63,316 nucleotides of DNA from an uncultured Chthoniobacterales bacterium (lineage in GTDB: Bacteria; Verrucomicrobiota; Verrucomicrobiia; Chthoniobacterales; SZAS-18), in assembly GCA_964249195.1 (NCBI GenBank), contig CAXUAZ010000001.1:1-63316 (forward strand), written 5' to 3'. Within the stretch, counting starts at the first letter, position 1. Each line of letters begins with the position of its first letter. The translations under genes and the position numbers were made by a program. Under the pieces are notes generated by a model, which saw only the letters and a list, made by a program, of their open reading frames with translations, did not search any database and was not told the origin of the DNA. Below, one piece after another: positions 47,889 to 56,298 of the stretch.

Positions 47889-48889
47889 GTGTCCAAGATC
47901 AGCTTCCCGCCGTCCCGGTGTCCCTGCCATTCGGCGATCACCTTCACGTCCACGCCCTTCTCGAGCGCGCGGGTGATGAACATCCGGCGCAGGCTGCGCT
48001 GCGTGTACGGCGCCAGCCCGAGCCTGCTGCAATTGGTGATCATCGCCGCCTTGGCGTCCTTGATGCGGAAGACCGGCTCCGAGGGCAGGGGAGCGCCGCC
48101 GCGGGCCTCCCGGAGACGTTCGAGCAGCGGGCGCAACTGCGGGAACAGCGGGACCATGAAGCCCCGGCTCGTTTTCTGGCGGAAGGTCGTGATGCGTTCG
48201 TTGGGCCAATCGACATCTCCCCAGCGCAGGGCGCCGGCCTCCGCCTGCCCGAGTCCAGCGAGCCCGAGGAACTCCACGAAGTCTCCCGTGTCGGCTGCGC
48301 TGTCGCTGTAGACCTGCGCACGGATGCTGGCAACGATGGCCTGGAACTCCTCGAAGCTCGGGGTGGGCCGGATCGGTTTCTTGCGTGCCTTGGTCTTGAT
48401 CCTTGCAACGGGGGAGTCCGAGATGATCCGGTCGTCCACCGCCATCTCGAACACCGCACGGATGAACTCCAAGAAGAGATTGTAGGACGGCACGCCGAAG
48501 GTGTAGCTGTTGAGCCACGCGGCGACTTGGGATGGAACCACTTTCCCCGCGCTTACGTCCGCGCCGCCGGGCCAATCGGTCTTGATGCACTGGGCGATGT
48601 AGCGTTTCCGCTTGAGGGTCTTGGCCGCCTGGCTGCCCACAGTCGACAAGTAGCGGTCGCACAGCGCGGCAAGAGAGTGGCGGCCGGCAGAGGCGTCGAT
48701 CCGAACCAGATCCCTCCGCAGATCGCCCAGCTTCCGCTTGGCGGTCGCACGGTCTTCCGTTCCGAGGCTGCGGCGCACCTCCTTGCCATTCACGTCTAGC
48801 CGTGCATAGTATTTACCGGTTGGTCGGTAACGGTAGAGACACTCGCCCACCTTCTCAAATGCTCCCACTTTCGCCTGTGTCGCACTCAT
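47834..48889 (-). CDS. int: tyrosine-type site-specific integrase
   Basis: 351 aa. N-terminal SAM-like domain, catalytic region with ...RWGDVDW..., QRSLRRMFITRA, WQGHRDGG and LDTYSHV (Tyr). 93 nt from tRNA-Val. Confidence 0.9.
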   Translation of the reverse strand: MSATQAKVGAFEKVGECLYRYRPTGKYYARLDVNGKEVRRSLGTEDRATAKRKLGDLRRDLVRIDASAGRHSLAALCDRYLSTVGSQAAKTLKRKRYIAQCIKTDWPGGADVSAGKVVPSQVAAWLNSYTFGVPSYNLFLEFIRAVFEMAVDDRIISDSPVARIKTKARKKPIRPTPSFEEFQAIVASIRAQVYSDSAADTGDFVEFLGLAGLGQAEAGALRWGDVDWPNERITTFRQKTSRGFMVPLFPQLRPLLERLREARGGAPLPSEPVFRIKDAKAAMITNCSRLGLAPYTQRSLRRMFITRALEKGVDVKVIAEWQGHRDGGKLILDTYSHVRPVHSARMALLME

Positions 48890-48981
48890 GTGTTACTGAG
48901 TGTAACCGGATAAAAAGGCCGGACAAGAAAGAAACGAGGGTCTCACAAGTTACCTCCAAGCCTCTGCAAATTATGAACTTA

Positions 48982-49053
48982 GGGTGGTTAGCTCAGTGGT
49001 AGAGCGGCTCGTTTACACCGAGTTGGCCGGGGGTTCGAATCCCTCACCGCCCA
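48982..49053 (+). tRNA. tRNA-Val(TAC): tRNA-Val (anticodon TAC)
   Basis: Hand-folded cloverleaf: acceptor GGGTGGT/ACCGCCC (one G-U at 4:69), D arm GCTC-AGTGGTA-GAGC, anticodon arm GCTCG-TTTACAC-CGAGT, variable TGGCC, T arm GGGGG-TTCGAAT-CCCTC, discriminator A. No encoded CCA. Confidence 0.9.
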
Positions 49054-49111
49054 CGAGCATCCGGAAGAGGCACTCAATTCAATGCTCAGTCGCGATTCTT
49101 ATTCTAACACA

Positions 49112-49602
49112 ATGAAAACAATCCTTGTTCTCACGACGGCGGCTTTTTTTGCTGTTTTGCCTGCTCAGGCTGATCCACATCACGGCGGGTCGTACAACCG
49201 CGGCGGTAATCGTTTCCACGGCGGCTATGGCGGACGCGGTCGTTATTATTACTACGGTGGGCTCCCGTACTTCTATCCGTATGGCAGCTTCGCGTATGGC
49301 GATCCGTTCTGGTACGGGGCTATTATGGCGGGTTCCCCGGCGGTCCGGGTGGCTTCAGGCAGCCGTACGAAGGCCGGATTGCGGACGAGTCGATGTCGGC
49401 GCCGCAGAGTGGGGCGAAGTCGCTTCCGGGCGCGGTGCAACGGCAACTCGCTGAGCGCGGGTACTATAAGGGCGGCATTGACGGGCAGTTTGGCCCGGCC
49501 AGTAAATCTGCCCTGAAGCGTTTCCAGCGTAATAACGACATCAAGTCGACCGGCCTGATTGACGAACCCAGCCTCAAAGCGCTCGGCTTCGAGCAGCACT
49601 AG
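49112..49602 (+). pseudogene. frameshifted gene for a secreted Gly/Tyr-rich protein with a C-terminal peptidoglycan-binding (PG_binding_1-like) domain
   Basis: Frame A from 49112 reads MKTILVLTTAAFFAVLPAQA-DPHHGGSYNRGG...GDPFWYG. Frame B continues GYYGGFPGGPGGFRQPYEG...QRQLAERGYYKGGIDGQFGPASKSALKRFQ...stop at 49602. The switch maps to the GGGG run at 49316..49319. Confidence 0.6.
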
Positions 49603-51632
49603 AGACGGAGGTCGTACGTTGCAAACTCCGGTTGTGATTTCGCAACGGGAGGGCCGGAAACAAGGGCCGGAGCGTTTTTGGCTTTCCGTGTGAAGACTCG
49701 GCTCTTTTCAGTAAGCGCGAAGGTGACCGGTGGATTCGTAATGGTGACTTCAAGCGGGAGATGAGGACTGACGCCGGGGTGCAATGAAGGGTAGAGCGCC
49801 GTGCGGCGATATCGCAGGCCGCAGCTTGGATGTTCTGAATCCAGCGGCAGTTCTCGGCCGTTGACTTGGAACCTGCACTTCCGCGTCAGCTTTCGATCGG
49901 CGGTGATCTCCAGGCGTTCGATGGACGTATCCACGAACCGGCTGGTGCTGCCTCCTTCCGAGGGCGTTTCACACAGGAGCGGCCAGCTCTCGCACGCGCG
50001 CCGCACTTCGAGCCGGCCAGCGGGAAGCGTGGCGTCCAGCAAGACCGGGAATCGCCACTCCCAAATTGCGCGATAAACGTCGGCCGGCAGGTCGATGCCG
50101 CTGCGGCGCAAATCGTCGAGAATCTTCGTCAGGTCCTGCCATAGTGCGCTCGGCAGGAAAAAGTGATCTTGCAGCCGCGAACCATGCGGCGTCAGCGTCG
50201 GCGGCGACGGCACCTCCAGCGTGTGCAACGCAATTGCCTGCCAGAGCAAGGCGACGGCCGACATCCACTCGGCTTTCGGCATCGTCTCGATGGCCCGGAA
50301 TTCGATGAGGCCGGCGGCTCCGCTCGGCGGTCCCGAAAGATTCCAGAACTTGTCGAAGCTGATCTCACTGCGGTGCGTGTTGCCGGAGATGTCGATGTGC
50401 AGATGCCGCAGGGTCTCGCCAATCACATAGCGATGGTCGCCTTCGGGCAACGTGTCGAAATGCCGGTACGCGAGATCCAGATCGTAAAGGTCGCGCGCCG
50501 ATTCATCCGGCCGCGGCGCCTGCGAAGACGATCCGACGTAGATCCCCGTAAACAAATACGCGAGACAAGGATGCGCCTGAAAATACCGCAGCATCGATGC
50601 AACCCACCCCGGGCGGGTGAAGAACGGGTTTTCCTCCAGGCTCGGGCCGCCGAAGAGAAGGTGGTTCCCGCCGCCCGTCCCGCCCATGTCGCCCTGGGGC
50701 AGACGCTTGGTTGAGCAGAGTCCTATTTGACGTCCAACGCGCTCGAGCACCATCAGCCATTGATGGTATTCCTGCCAAGTCGCGCAAGGCGGCAGGTTGA
50801 CCTCGAGCACGCCCGGATCCGCGGTTAGCCCGAGCCGGGTCCAACTGCCGTCCTCGTCCGGCGGGAGGTAGCCTTCGAAGAAGTACGGCACCCGTTGTTC
50901 GGCCAGGAGTCTGACCATCACGTCAAGGAGGGCCTTGAACGGCGCCTGCTGCAGCGGCGGCAGGAACAGGTGAACGGCGCCGTCCCGCAGCTCCAGGGTC
51001 AGCGCCCGGCGCATCGCGTTCGCCGGGAGCAGATTCAGGGGAAGGCGCAGACCCACCGGGCCTTCCGCGGCGATCAACGGCACGGTCCCCCGGGCGCCGG
51101 GGATATTCCAACGCCGGGAACGCCAGCGGCGGCCATCGTGATCCAGCGGAAGCACGGCCGCCGGCCGCCGGCGGTCGGAAAGATCGATCGCGCGCAGCCA
51201 GCTTCGCTTAGGCAGTCCGCACGCGGCGGCGAGTTGCTGCTGAAAGGTCTGCAACGAGGCGGCGGTCGGCTTGACCGGCGCAAACGGCGGGGGCGCGAGC
51301 GGGGCGCCGTCGCGGTTCGCGAGCACGTTGACCACCCATCGCGGATTCACTTCCCCGGGGTACTGCTTGCCGGGGGAATAAAGCGTGATTGCGCCTGGAA
51401 GGTACTCGGCGACAAGCGCATCCGCGAGTTTGTACGCGTAGCCGAGCTTGGTCGGGCCCACGGCGGCGACGTTCCATTCCGCGCCTTCGGGCTTGACCGG
51501 GACGTACGTCGGCTCGCCTCCGAGGGTCAGCTTCACGCCCGCGGCTTCAAACCGGCGCGTGATCTCGGCCGCAATGCCATTCAGCGGGCTGGCAGAGAGC
51601 CGGGCGAGTTTTGGCGTGGCTCGGAAGGACAT
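49599..51632 (-). CDS. DUF2126 family protein (transglutaminase-associated family) lacking the usual N-terminal transglutaminase domain
   Basis: Start at 51632 (MSFRATPKLARL...), 677 aa. LTLGGEPTYVPVKPEGAEWNVAAVGPTKLGYA...SPGKQYPGEVNPRW matches the DUF2126 N-terminal signature. The rest of the 1965-aa track ORF is antisense shadow. Confidence 0.7.
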   Translation of the reverse strand: MSFRATPKLARLSASPLNGIAAEITRRFEAAGVKLTLGGEPTYVPVKPEGAEWNVAAVGPTKLGYAYKLADALVAEYLPGAITLYSPGKQYPGEVNPRWVVNVLANRDGAPLAPPPFAPVKPTAASLQTFQQQLAAACGLPKRSWLRAIDLSDRRRPAAVLPLDHDGRRWRSRRWNIPGARGTVPLIAAEGPVGLRLPLNLLPANAMRRALTLELRDGAVHLFLPPLQQAPFKALLDVMVRLLAEQRVPYFFEGYLPPDEDGSWTRLGLTADPGVLEVNLPPCATWQEYHQWLMVLERVGRQIGLCSTKRLPQGDMGGTGGGNHLLFGGPSLEENPFFTRPGWVASMLRYFQAHPCLAYLFTGIYVGSSSQAPRPDESARDLYDLDLAYRHFDTLPEGDHRYVIGETLRHLHIDISGNTHRSEISFDKFWNLSGPPSGAAGLIEFRAIETMPKAEWMSAVALLWQAIALHTLEVPSPPTLTPHGSRLQDHFFLPSALWQDLTKILDDLRRSGIDLPADVYRAIWEWRFPVLLDATLPAGRLEVRRACESWPLLCETPSEGGSTSRFVDTSIERLEITADRKLTRKCRFQVNGRELPLDSEHPSCGLRYRRTALYPSLHPGVSPHLPLEVTITNPPVTFALTEKSRVFTRKAKNAPALVSGPPVAKSQPEFATYDLRL

Positions 51633-51731
51633 GGCGCGGGGTGGATTCAACCACAGAAATGCCCCCGGCGCCACCGCGCTTTGGGTTTTGCGTCGGGCCC
51701 GGCCTTGGGGCAATGTCGCCGTCACCCGCCG

Positions 51732-52550
51732 ATGACTTTCTCCCACAAAATCAAGAAGGCGCTCCAGTTGCGCACGTACACGCAGTCCACCCCGGTCAGA
51801 CTCCTCAAGGCGCCCAAAGCCGCATTCGTCGAGTGGCGCACCCGCCGCGCCGCCGAGCGCACCCGCGCGCGCAAGGCCAGCCTGACGATCGACAACCTCC
51901 TGCGCAACGTCGACCGCGCTGAACTCGCGCGCATCCGCGCCCGCTACGCCGAAGCCGGTGAACGCCCGGACGTTTTCTGGACCAAGTACCTGGACGTCAA
52001 TAAGTGGCTGACGCTCAACATCCGGTACGCCCACGAGTACGGGCTCGTCGCGAAGCCCCCGAAGCACGTGCTCGATCTCGGCTGCGGGGGTGGGTACTTC
52101 CTTGTCGTCTGCCGGCACTTGGGGGCGAAGGTGGTCGGGATCGATCTCAATAAAGACCTCGTGCTCAACGAGATGGTTGCCGCGTTCAACCTGCGCCGGG
52201 TCGTCTGGCACATCCGGGCGTTTGTCACGCTGCCGAAGTTCCGGCGGAAGTTCGACCTCATCACGGCCTTCATGATCTGCTTCAACTTCCCGACCAACCG
52301 CCCGGCCTGGGGCGTTGCCGAGTGGGACTTCTTCCTCAATGACCTCATTCCCCGGCTTCGGTCCGGCGGACGCGTAATTCTCGGCCTCAACCGCGATCTC
52401 GTCGACGGCACGTTGTACGACGACACGCTCAAAGCCTACTTCGAGAAGCGCGGCGCGGCCATCAACGGCAAGCGGGTCGTGTTCGATAAAGACGGCCTCA
52501 TCCGCACGAAGAACGCGCGGCGCGAGCTGACGGCGGTCACCGTCAACTGA
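51732..52550 (+). CDS. class I SAM-dependent methyltransferase
   Basis: ATG at 51732 within ORF 50895..52550. SAM motif I VLDLGCGGGYF. 272 aa. Confidence 0.7.
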   Translation: MTFSHKIKKALQLRTYTQSTPVRLLKAPKAAFVEWRTRRAAERTRARKASLTIDNLLRNVDRAELARIRARYAEAGERPDVFWTKYLDVNKWLTLNIRYAHEYGLVAKPPKHVLDLGCGGGYFLVVCRHLGAKVVGIDLNKDLVLNEMVAAFNLRRVVWHIRAFVTLPKFRRKFDLITAFMICFNFPTNRPAWGVAEWDFFLNDLIPRLRSGGRVILGLNRDLVDGTLYDDTLKAYFEKRGAAINGKRVVFDKDGLIRTKNARRELTAVTVN

Positions 52551-52601
52551 AGAAATCCGGTTTCTCCACGGCATGATGGTTAATGCCGCACCCTTGCCGA
52601 A

Positions 52602-54221
52602 ATGAGCGAGCGCGCCCACGCCCTTTACGGCTCCGACCCGTCCCTGCTCTCGCCCCTCGCGGCGAAGCTGCTCGAGCGCGGCGTATTGAAATGGCTCATC
52701 ACGATCGCCGCTTCGCTGGGCGCCATCCTCGAGGTGATCGACACCAGCATCACCAACGTCGCGCTGCCCGACATTCGCGGGAACCTCGGCGCCACCCTCT
52801 CCGAAGCGGGCTGGATCTCCACCGCGTACGCCTGTGCCAACGTCGTCATCATCCCGCTCTCCGCGTGGCTGGGCATCCGCTTCGGGCGCAAGAATTACTT
52901 CGTCTTCTCGCTGTTCGGCTTCACGCTGTCCTCGGTGCTTTGCGGGTTGTCGCCCAATCTCGGGTCCCTCATCTTCGCCCGGGTGCTCCAGGGGCTGGCG
53001 GGCGGCGGTCTGCTGGCCAAGGCGCAATCGCTCACCTTCGAAGCCTTCGCCCCCCACGAGCGCGGCGCGGCGCAGGCGATCTTCGGGCTCGGCGTCATCG
53101 CCGGGCCCGCGCTCGGGCCGGTGCTGGGCGGCTGGCTCACCGATAACATGGGCTGGCGCTGGATTTTCTTTATCAACATCCCCTTTGGCATCATCGCCGT
53201 GCTGATGTGCACCACGTTCCTGCCGCGCGATCGCGACAGCGATCTGGACAAATCCGGCCGCGTGGACTGGACCGGCATCGGCCTGCTCTGCGTCGGGCTC
53301 GCCAGCTTCCAGACCATGCTGGAGGAGGGCCAGCAGGACGACTGGTTCTCCTCGCGCTTCATCACGTCGATGGCGGTGATCGCCGTCGCGGGCGTGGCGA
53401 CCTTCATTTGGTGGGAACTCCGCGTGGAGAAACCAGCCGTCGACCTGCGCGTGCTGCGCCATCGCTCGATGATCGGCGGGAGCCTGTACTCGGCGATCCT
53501 CGGCATGGGCATTTACGGGATCATGTTCGCGATCCCGGTGTTCGTGCAGGATTACCTCCATTTCACCGCCACCCAGAGCGGGCTGCTCCAGGTGCCCGGC
53601 GCGCTCGCCTCGGCCTGCGCGATGATCACCTACGGCGCCATCGCCAATCGCGTCGATCCCCGGCTCACCATCGGCATCGGCGCGATGTTGACCACCGCCA
53701 CGGGCGTGATGCTCATGGGGCTCAATCCCGGTACGGGCGTCGACACCCTGTTTTGGCCGCTCATCCTGCGCGCCATCGGGAGCGTGATCATGTTCATGCC
53801 GTTGAGTCTGGCCACGCTCGGGCCGCTGCCGCCGCGGGAGATCGCCGCCGGGGCCGGGTTCTACAGCCTCACCCGCCAGCTCGGCAGTTCGGTGGGCATC
53901 GCGCTCATTACGACCATGGTGGAACGCCGCGCCGCGTCGCACCGCGCCGATCTCGTCTCGCACCTCAGCCTGTATCGCCAGCCCGTCATCGACCGCTTGA
54001 ACACCATGACGGCCGGCTTCGCGCACGATGGCGACCTCGTGGGCGCGCGGCATCGGGCCATGGAAATGCTCGACCACGTCGTCAACGGGCAGGCGGCGCT
54101 GTTGTCCTACTCCGACATCTTCTTTTACGTCGCGCTTGCGTTCGTTTGTTCGCTCCCGCTCCTGTTCCTGCTCGGCGGCAGGCCCAGCCGCCCGTCCCCC
54201 GAAGCCGCCGCCGCTCATTAA
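52602..54221 (+). CDS. emrB: DHA2-family MFS efflux permease (EmrB/QacA type, 14 TMS)
   Basis: 539 aa with IDTSITNVALPDIRGNLGA and the LGIRFGRKN motif. 14 hydrophobic segments by eye. Confidence 0.85.
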   Translation: MSERAHALYGSDPSLLSPLAAKLLERGVLKWLITIAASLGAILEVIDTSITNVALPDIRGNLGATLSEAGWISTAYACANVVIIPLSAWLGIRFGRKNYFVFSLFGFTLSSVLCGLSPNLGSLIFARVLQGLAGGGLLAKAQSLTFEAFAPHERGAAQAIFGLGVIAGPALGPVLGGWLTDNMGWRWIFFINIPFGIIAVLMCTTFLPRDRDSDLDKSGRVDWTGIGLLCVGLASFQTMLEEGQQDDWFSSRFITSMAVIAVAGVATFIWWELRVEKPAVDLRVLRHRSMIGGSLYSAILGMGIYGIMFAIPVFVQDYLHFTATQSGLLQVPGALASACAMITYGAIANRVDPRLTIGIGAMLTTATGVMLMGLNPGTGVDTLFWPLILRAIGSVIMFMPLSLATLGPLPPREIAAGAGFYSLTRQLGSSVGIALITTMVERRAASHRADLVSHLSLYRQPVIDRLNTMTAGFAHDGDLVGARHRAMEMLDHVVNGQAALLSYSDIFFYVALAFVCSLPLLFLLGGRPSRPSPEAAAAH

Positions 54222-54227
54222 ATTCTT

Positions 54228-55334
54228 ATGCCTGCCACTCCCAAAGCTCCGCCTGCCGCGAAGAAACGCGGCCCCATTTTCTGGCTGATCGTCACCGTCG
54301 TCGCGCTCGGCGCGTTGGGGTGGGTCGTCCAGTTCGGCTGGCACGCCTGGCACTACGTGGAGACGGATAACGCCTACATCAACGGCCACGTCCACCAGAT
54401 CAGCTCGCGCGTGGCGGGTTCGGTGACCGATGTGCTCGTCGACGAAAACCAGCCGGTCAAAGCTGGCCAGCTCCTCGCGAAGATCGATCCGCTGGAGTTC
54501 GAGATCGGACTCCACCGTGCCCAGGCCAACCTCGCGCAATCCCGGGCGGAGGAAGCCAAAGCGCGCGCCGCGATCAGCCAGGCCAGGGCGACGATCGACC
54601 AGCTCCAGGCGCAGGTGGGCCAGGCCGACGCCGAGGTGACCCGCGCCACCGCCCAATCCGCCTTGGCCGCCGATAATCTCGACCGCAACTCGAAGCTGTA
54701 TTCCACCGACACGCGCGCCATCGCGAAGGCCGATCTCGATCAAACCAGGAGCGCGCTGGACACCAACCAGGCGATGGTCGCCGCGGCCAAAGCCAATGCC
54801 GCCGGCGCGCGGTCGAACGTCACCGCCGCCCAGGCGCAGGCGGAGTCGGCGGACGCCCAACTCACCGCCGCCCAGGCGACGATTGCCGCCAACGAGGCCG
54901 CCGTGGAGGACGCCGAGCGCCAGCTCTCCTATGCGACGATCACCGCGCCTGTGGAGGGCCGGATCGGCAACAAGAACATCGAGACCGGCAATCGCGCCCA
55001 GGTTGGCCAGGCGCTTTTCGCGTTGGTCGAGCCGGATCTGTGGGTGATCGCCAACTTCAAGGAAACCCAGTTGGCGCTGATGCACGATGGGCAGGTCGTC
55101 GAGTTGACGATCGACGCGATTCCGGGGCACTCCTTTGTGGGGAGGGTGGAGAGCATCTCGCCCGCGACCGGCGCGCAATTCGCCCTGTTGCCGCCCGACA
55201 ACGCGACGGGGAATTTCACGAAGGTCGTGCAGCGCGTCCCGGTGAAGATCGTCTTCGACAAGGATGGCGTGCGCGACTTCGCGAACCGTCTGCGGCCGGG
55301 ATTGTCGGTGGTGGTCAACGTGCGGATTCGGTAA
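54228..55334 (+). CDS. emrA: HlyD/EmrA-family periplasmic adaptor
   Basis: 368 aa. N-terminal TM, YVETDNAYINGHVHQISSRVAGSV, long Ala/Gln coiled coil, then LSYATITAPVEGRIG. Confidence 0.85.
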   Translation: MPATPKAPPAAKKRGPIFWLIVTVVALGALGWVVQFGWHAWHYVETDNAYINGHVHQISSRVAGSVTDVLVDENQPVKAGQLLAKIDPLEFEIGLHRAQANLAQSRAEEAKARAAISQARATIDQLQAQVGQADAEVTRATAQSALAADNLDRNSKLYSTDTRAIAKADLDQTRSALDTNQAMVAAAKANAAGARSNVTAAQAQAESADAQLTAAQATIAANEAAVEDAERQLSYATITAPVEGRIGNKNIETGNRAQVGQALFALVEPDLWVIANFKETQLALMHDGQVVELTIDAIPGHSFVGRVESISPATGAQFALLPPDNATGNFTKVVQRVPVKIVFDKDGVRDFANRLRPGLSVVVNVRIR

Positions 55335-55558
55335 GGGCATGTTGGCCGGCGGCGCGGAAAAACTCCCCTTATGATGCGCAACGGAACGCGTCGCCCAGAG
55401 TAAACCCGCTTCATCGGTGCGCCTCGTGCTGGGATGTTGCGAAAGGAGCATCTTCTGTTTTGAATGGCGAAAAACCGGTTGCGGCCTGCAAGTCATAGAT
55501 CAAGTCGAGTCGCTTGTCAATGAACAAAAATCATGAAAATGAAAACGCGCTCCGCAAT

Positions 55559-55589
55559 TTAGCTTTGCAAGCTAAGCAAGCGTGCTTAG
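55559..55589. promoter_or_regulatory. two overlapping palindromes upstream of the small-gene pair (operator candidate)
   Basis: ttagctt-tgc-aagctaa (55559..55575) and ctaagca-agcg-tgcttag (55572..55589), located 44 nt upstream of the ATG at 55633. Confidence 0.35.
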
Positions 55590-55632
55590 TTTCTCCGTGT
55601 CGCAAAGAGCACGGTGGATCAATCCAACGATC

Positions 55633-55851
55633 ATGAACGGCAATCCTAGGACTGATTTCCTGACCTCCGCTTCCACCTTTGTGATCGGGATGGGCTCCGT
55701 GATGAACCTTGGCGGGAATTACTTCCCCTTCAATCGCAGCGACAATCCCGAAGAGGCGGACCAAGCGGCCTTGGCAGGCGATTGGGCGTTGGTGGCTAAC
55801 GACATGCGTGCGGGGATTGATCAGTTGAGACAGCACGAAGCTCTCGAGTAA
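55633..55851 (+). CDS. hypothetical small protein
   Basis: ATG at 55633 within ORF 55582..55851 (MNGNPRTDFLTSASTFVIGMGSVMNLGG...). TAATG overlap with the next gene. AT-richer islet. Confidence 0.45.
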   Translation: MNGNPRTDFLTSASTFVIGMGSVMNLGGNYFPFNRSDNPEEADQAALAGDWALVANDMRAGIDQLRQHEALE

Positions 55852-56294
55852 TGCCGTCGCAACCGTCTCGACAAGAACGGCGGCTGGCAGAGCGCGACAC
55901 GATGGGAGGCTCGCCATCTGAAGTGGTCGCGGCGAAGGCGACTTTTACGGCGCGGTGGGGACCGCTTCCTTCAGCCGAGGAATTGGAGCGTTATGACCGA
56001 ATTGCGCCAGGCTTTGCCATGCGGCTGCTCACGATGGTGGAAAATCAGTCGGCTCATCGCATCAATATTGAGCGGCCGGTGATTACCAGCCAGCAAGTGC
56101 AAAGTGGGCGCGGGCAGCATTATGGCCTCATCATTGGGCTGACGGGCCTGGTAATCAGCGGCATTGCCGCCATTTTGGGTCATGATGCGTTCGGCAGCAT
56201 CGTTGGGGGTGGAACCGTGACTGGATTGGTCGCAACGTTTGTGTACGGCAAGGTGAAGCAATCAAACGATCTTGCCGCCAAGAAGCCGCAATGA
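55851..56294 (+). CDS. DUF2335 family membrane protein
   Basis: 147 aa. WGPLPSAEELERYDRIAPGFAMRLLTMVENQSAHR plus two C-terminal TM helices matches my recollection of DUF2335. Confidence 0.6.
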   Translation: MPSQPSRQERRLAERDTMGGSPSEVVAAKATFTARWGPLPSAEELERYDRIAPGFAMRLLTMVENQSAHRINIERPVITSQQVQSGRGQHYGLIIGLTGLVISGIAAILGHDAFGSIVGGGTVTGLVATFVYGKVKQSNDLAAKKPQ

Positions 56295-56298
56295 ATCT

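Larger units (their letters stand above)
37951..49021. mobile_element. about 11-kb integrated P4-/satellite-like genomic island in tRNA-Val
   Basis: Flanked by the 40-nt direct repeat. Carries a tyrosine integrase next to the tRNA, an excisionase-like HTH, primase, SF3 helicase, ERCC4 nuclease and a tape-measure-like gene. GC is lower than in the flanks. Confidence 0.85.

Noticed and set aside
49599-55496. 1965-aa minus-strand ORF, by far the longest reading frame in this region
   Set aside because: Only its last 677 codons (from the ATG at 51632) look like a real protein (DUF2126). The upstream part is Arg/Gly/Pro-rich low-complexity sequence lying exactly antisense to well-supported + strand genes (methyltransferase, emrB, emrA). 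It is a typical high-GC shadow ORF.
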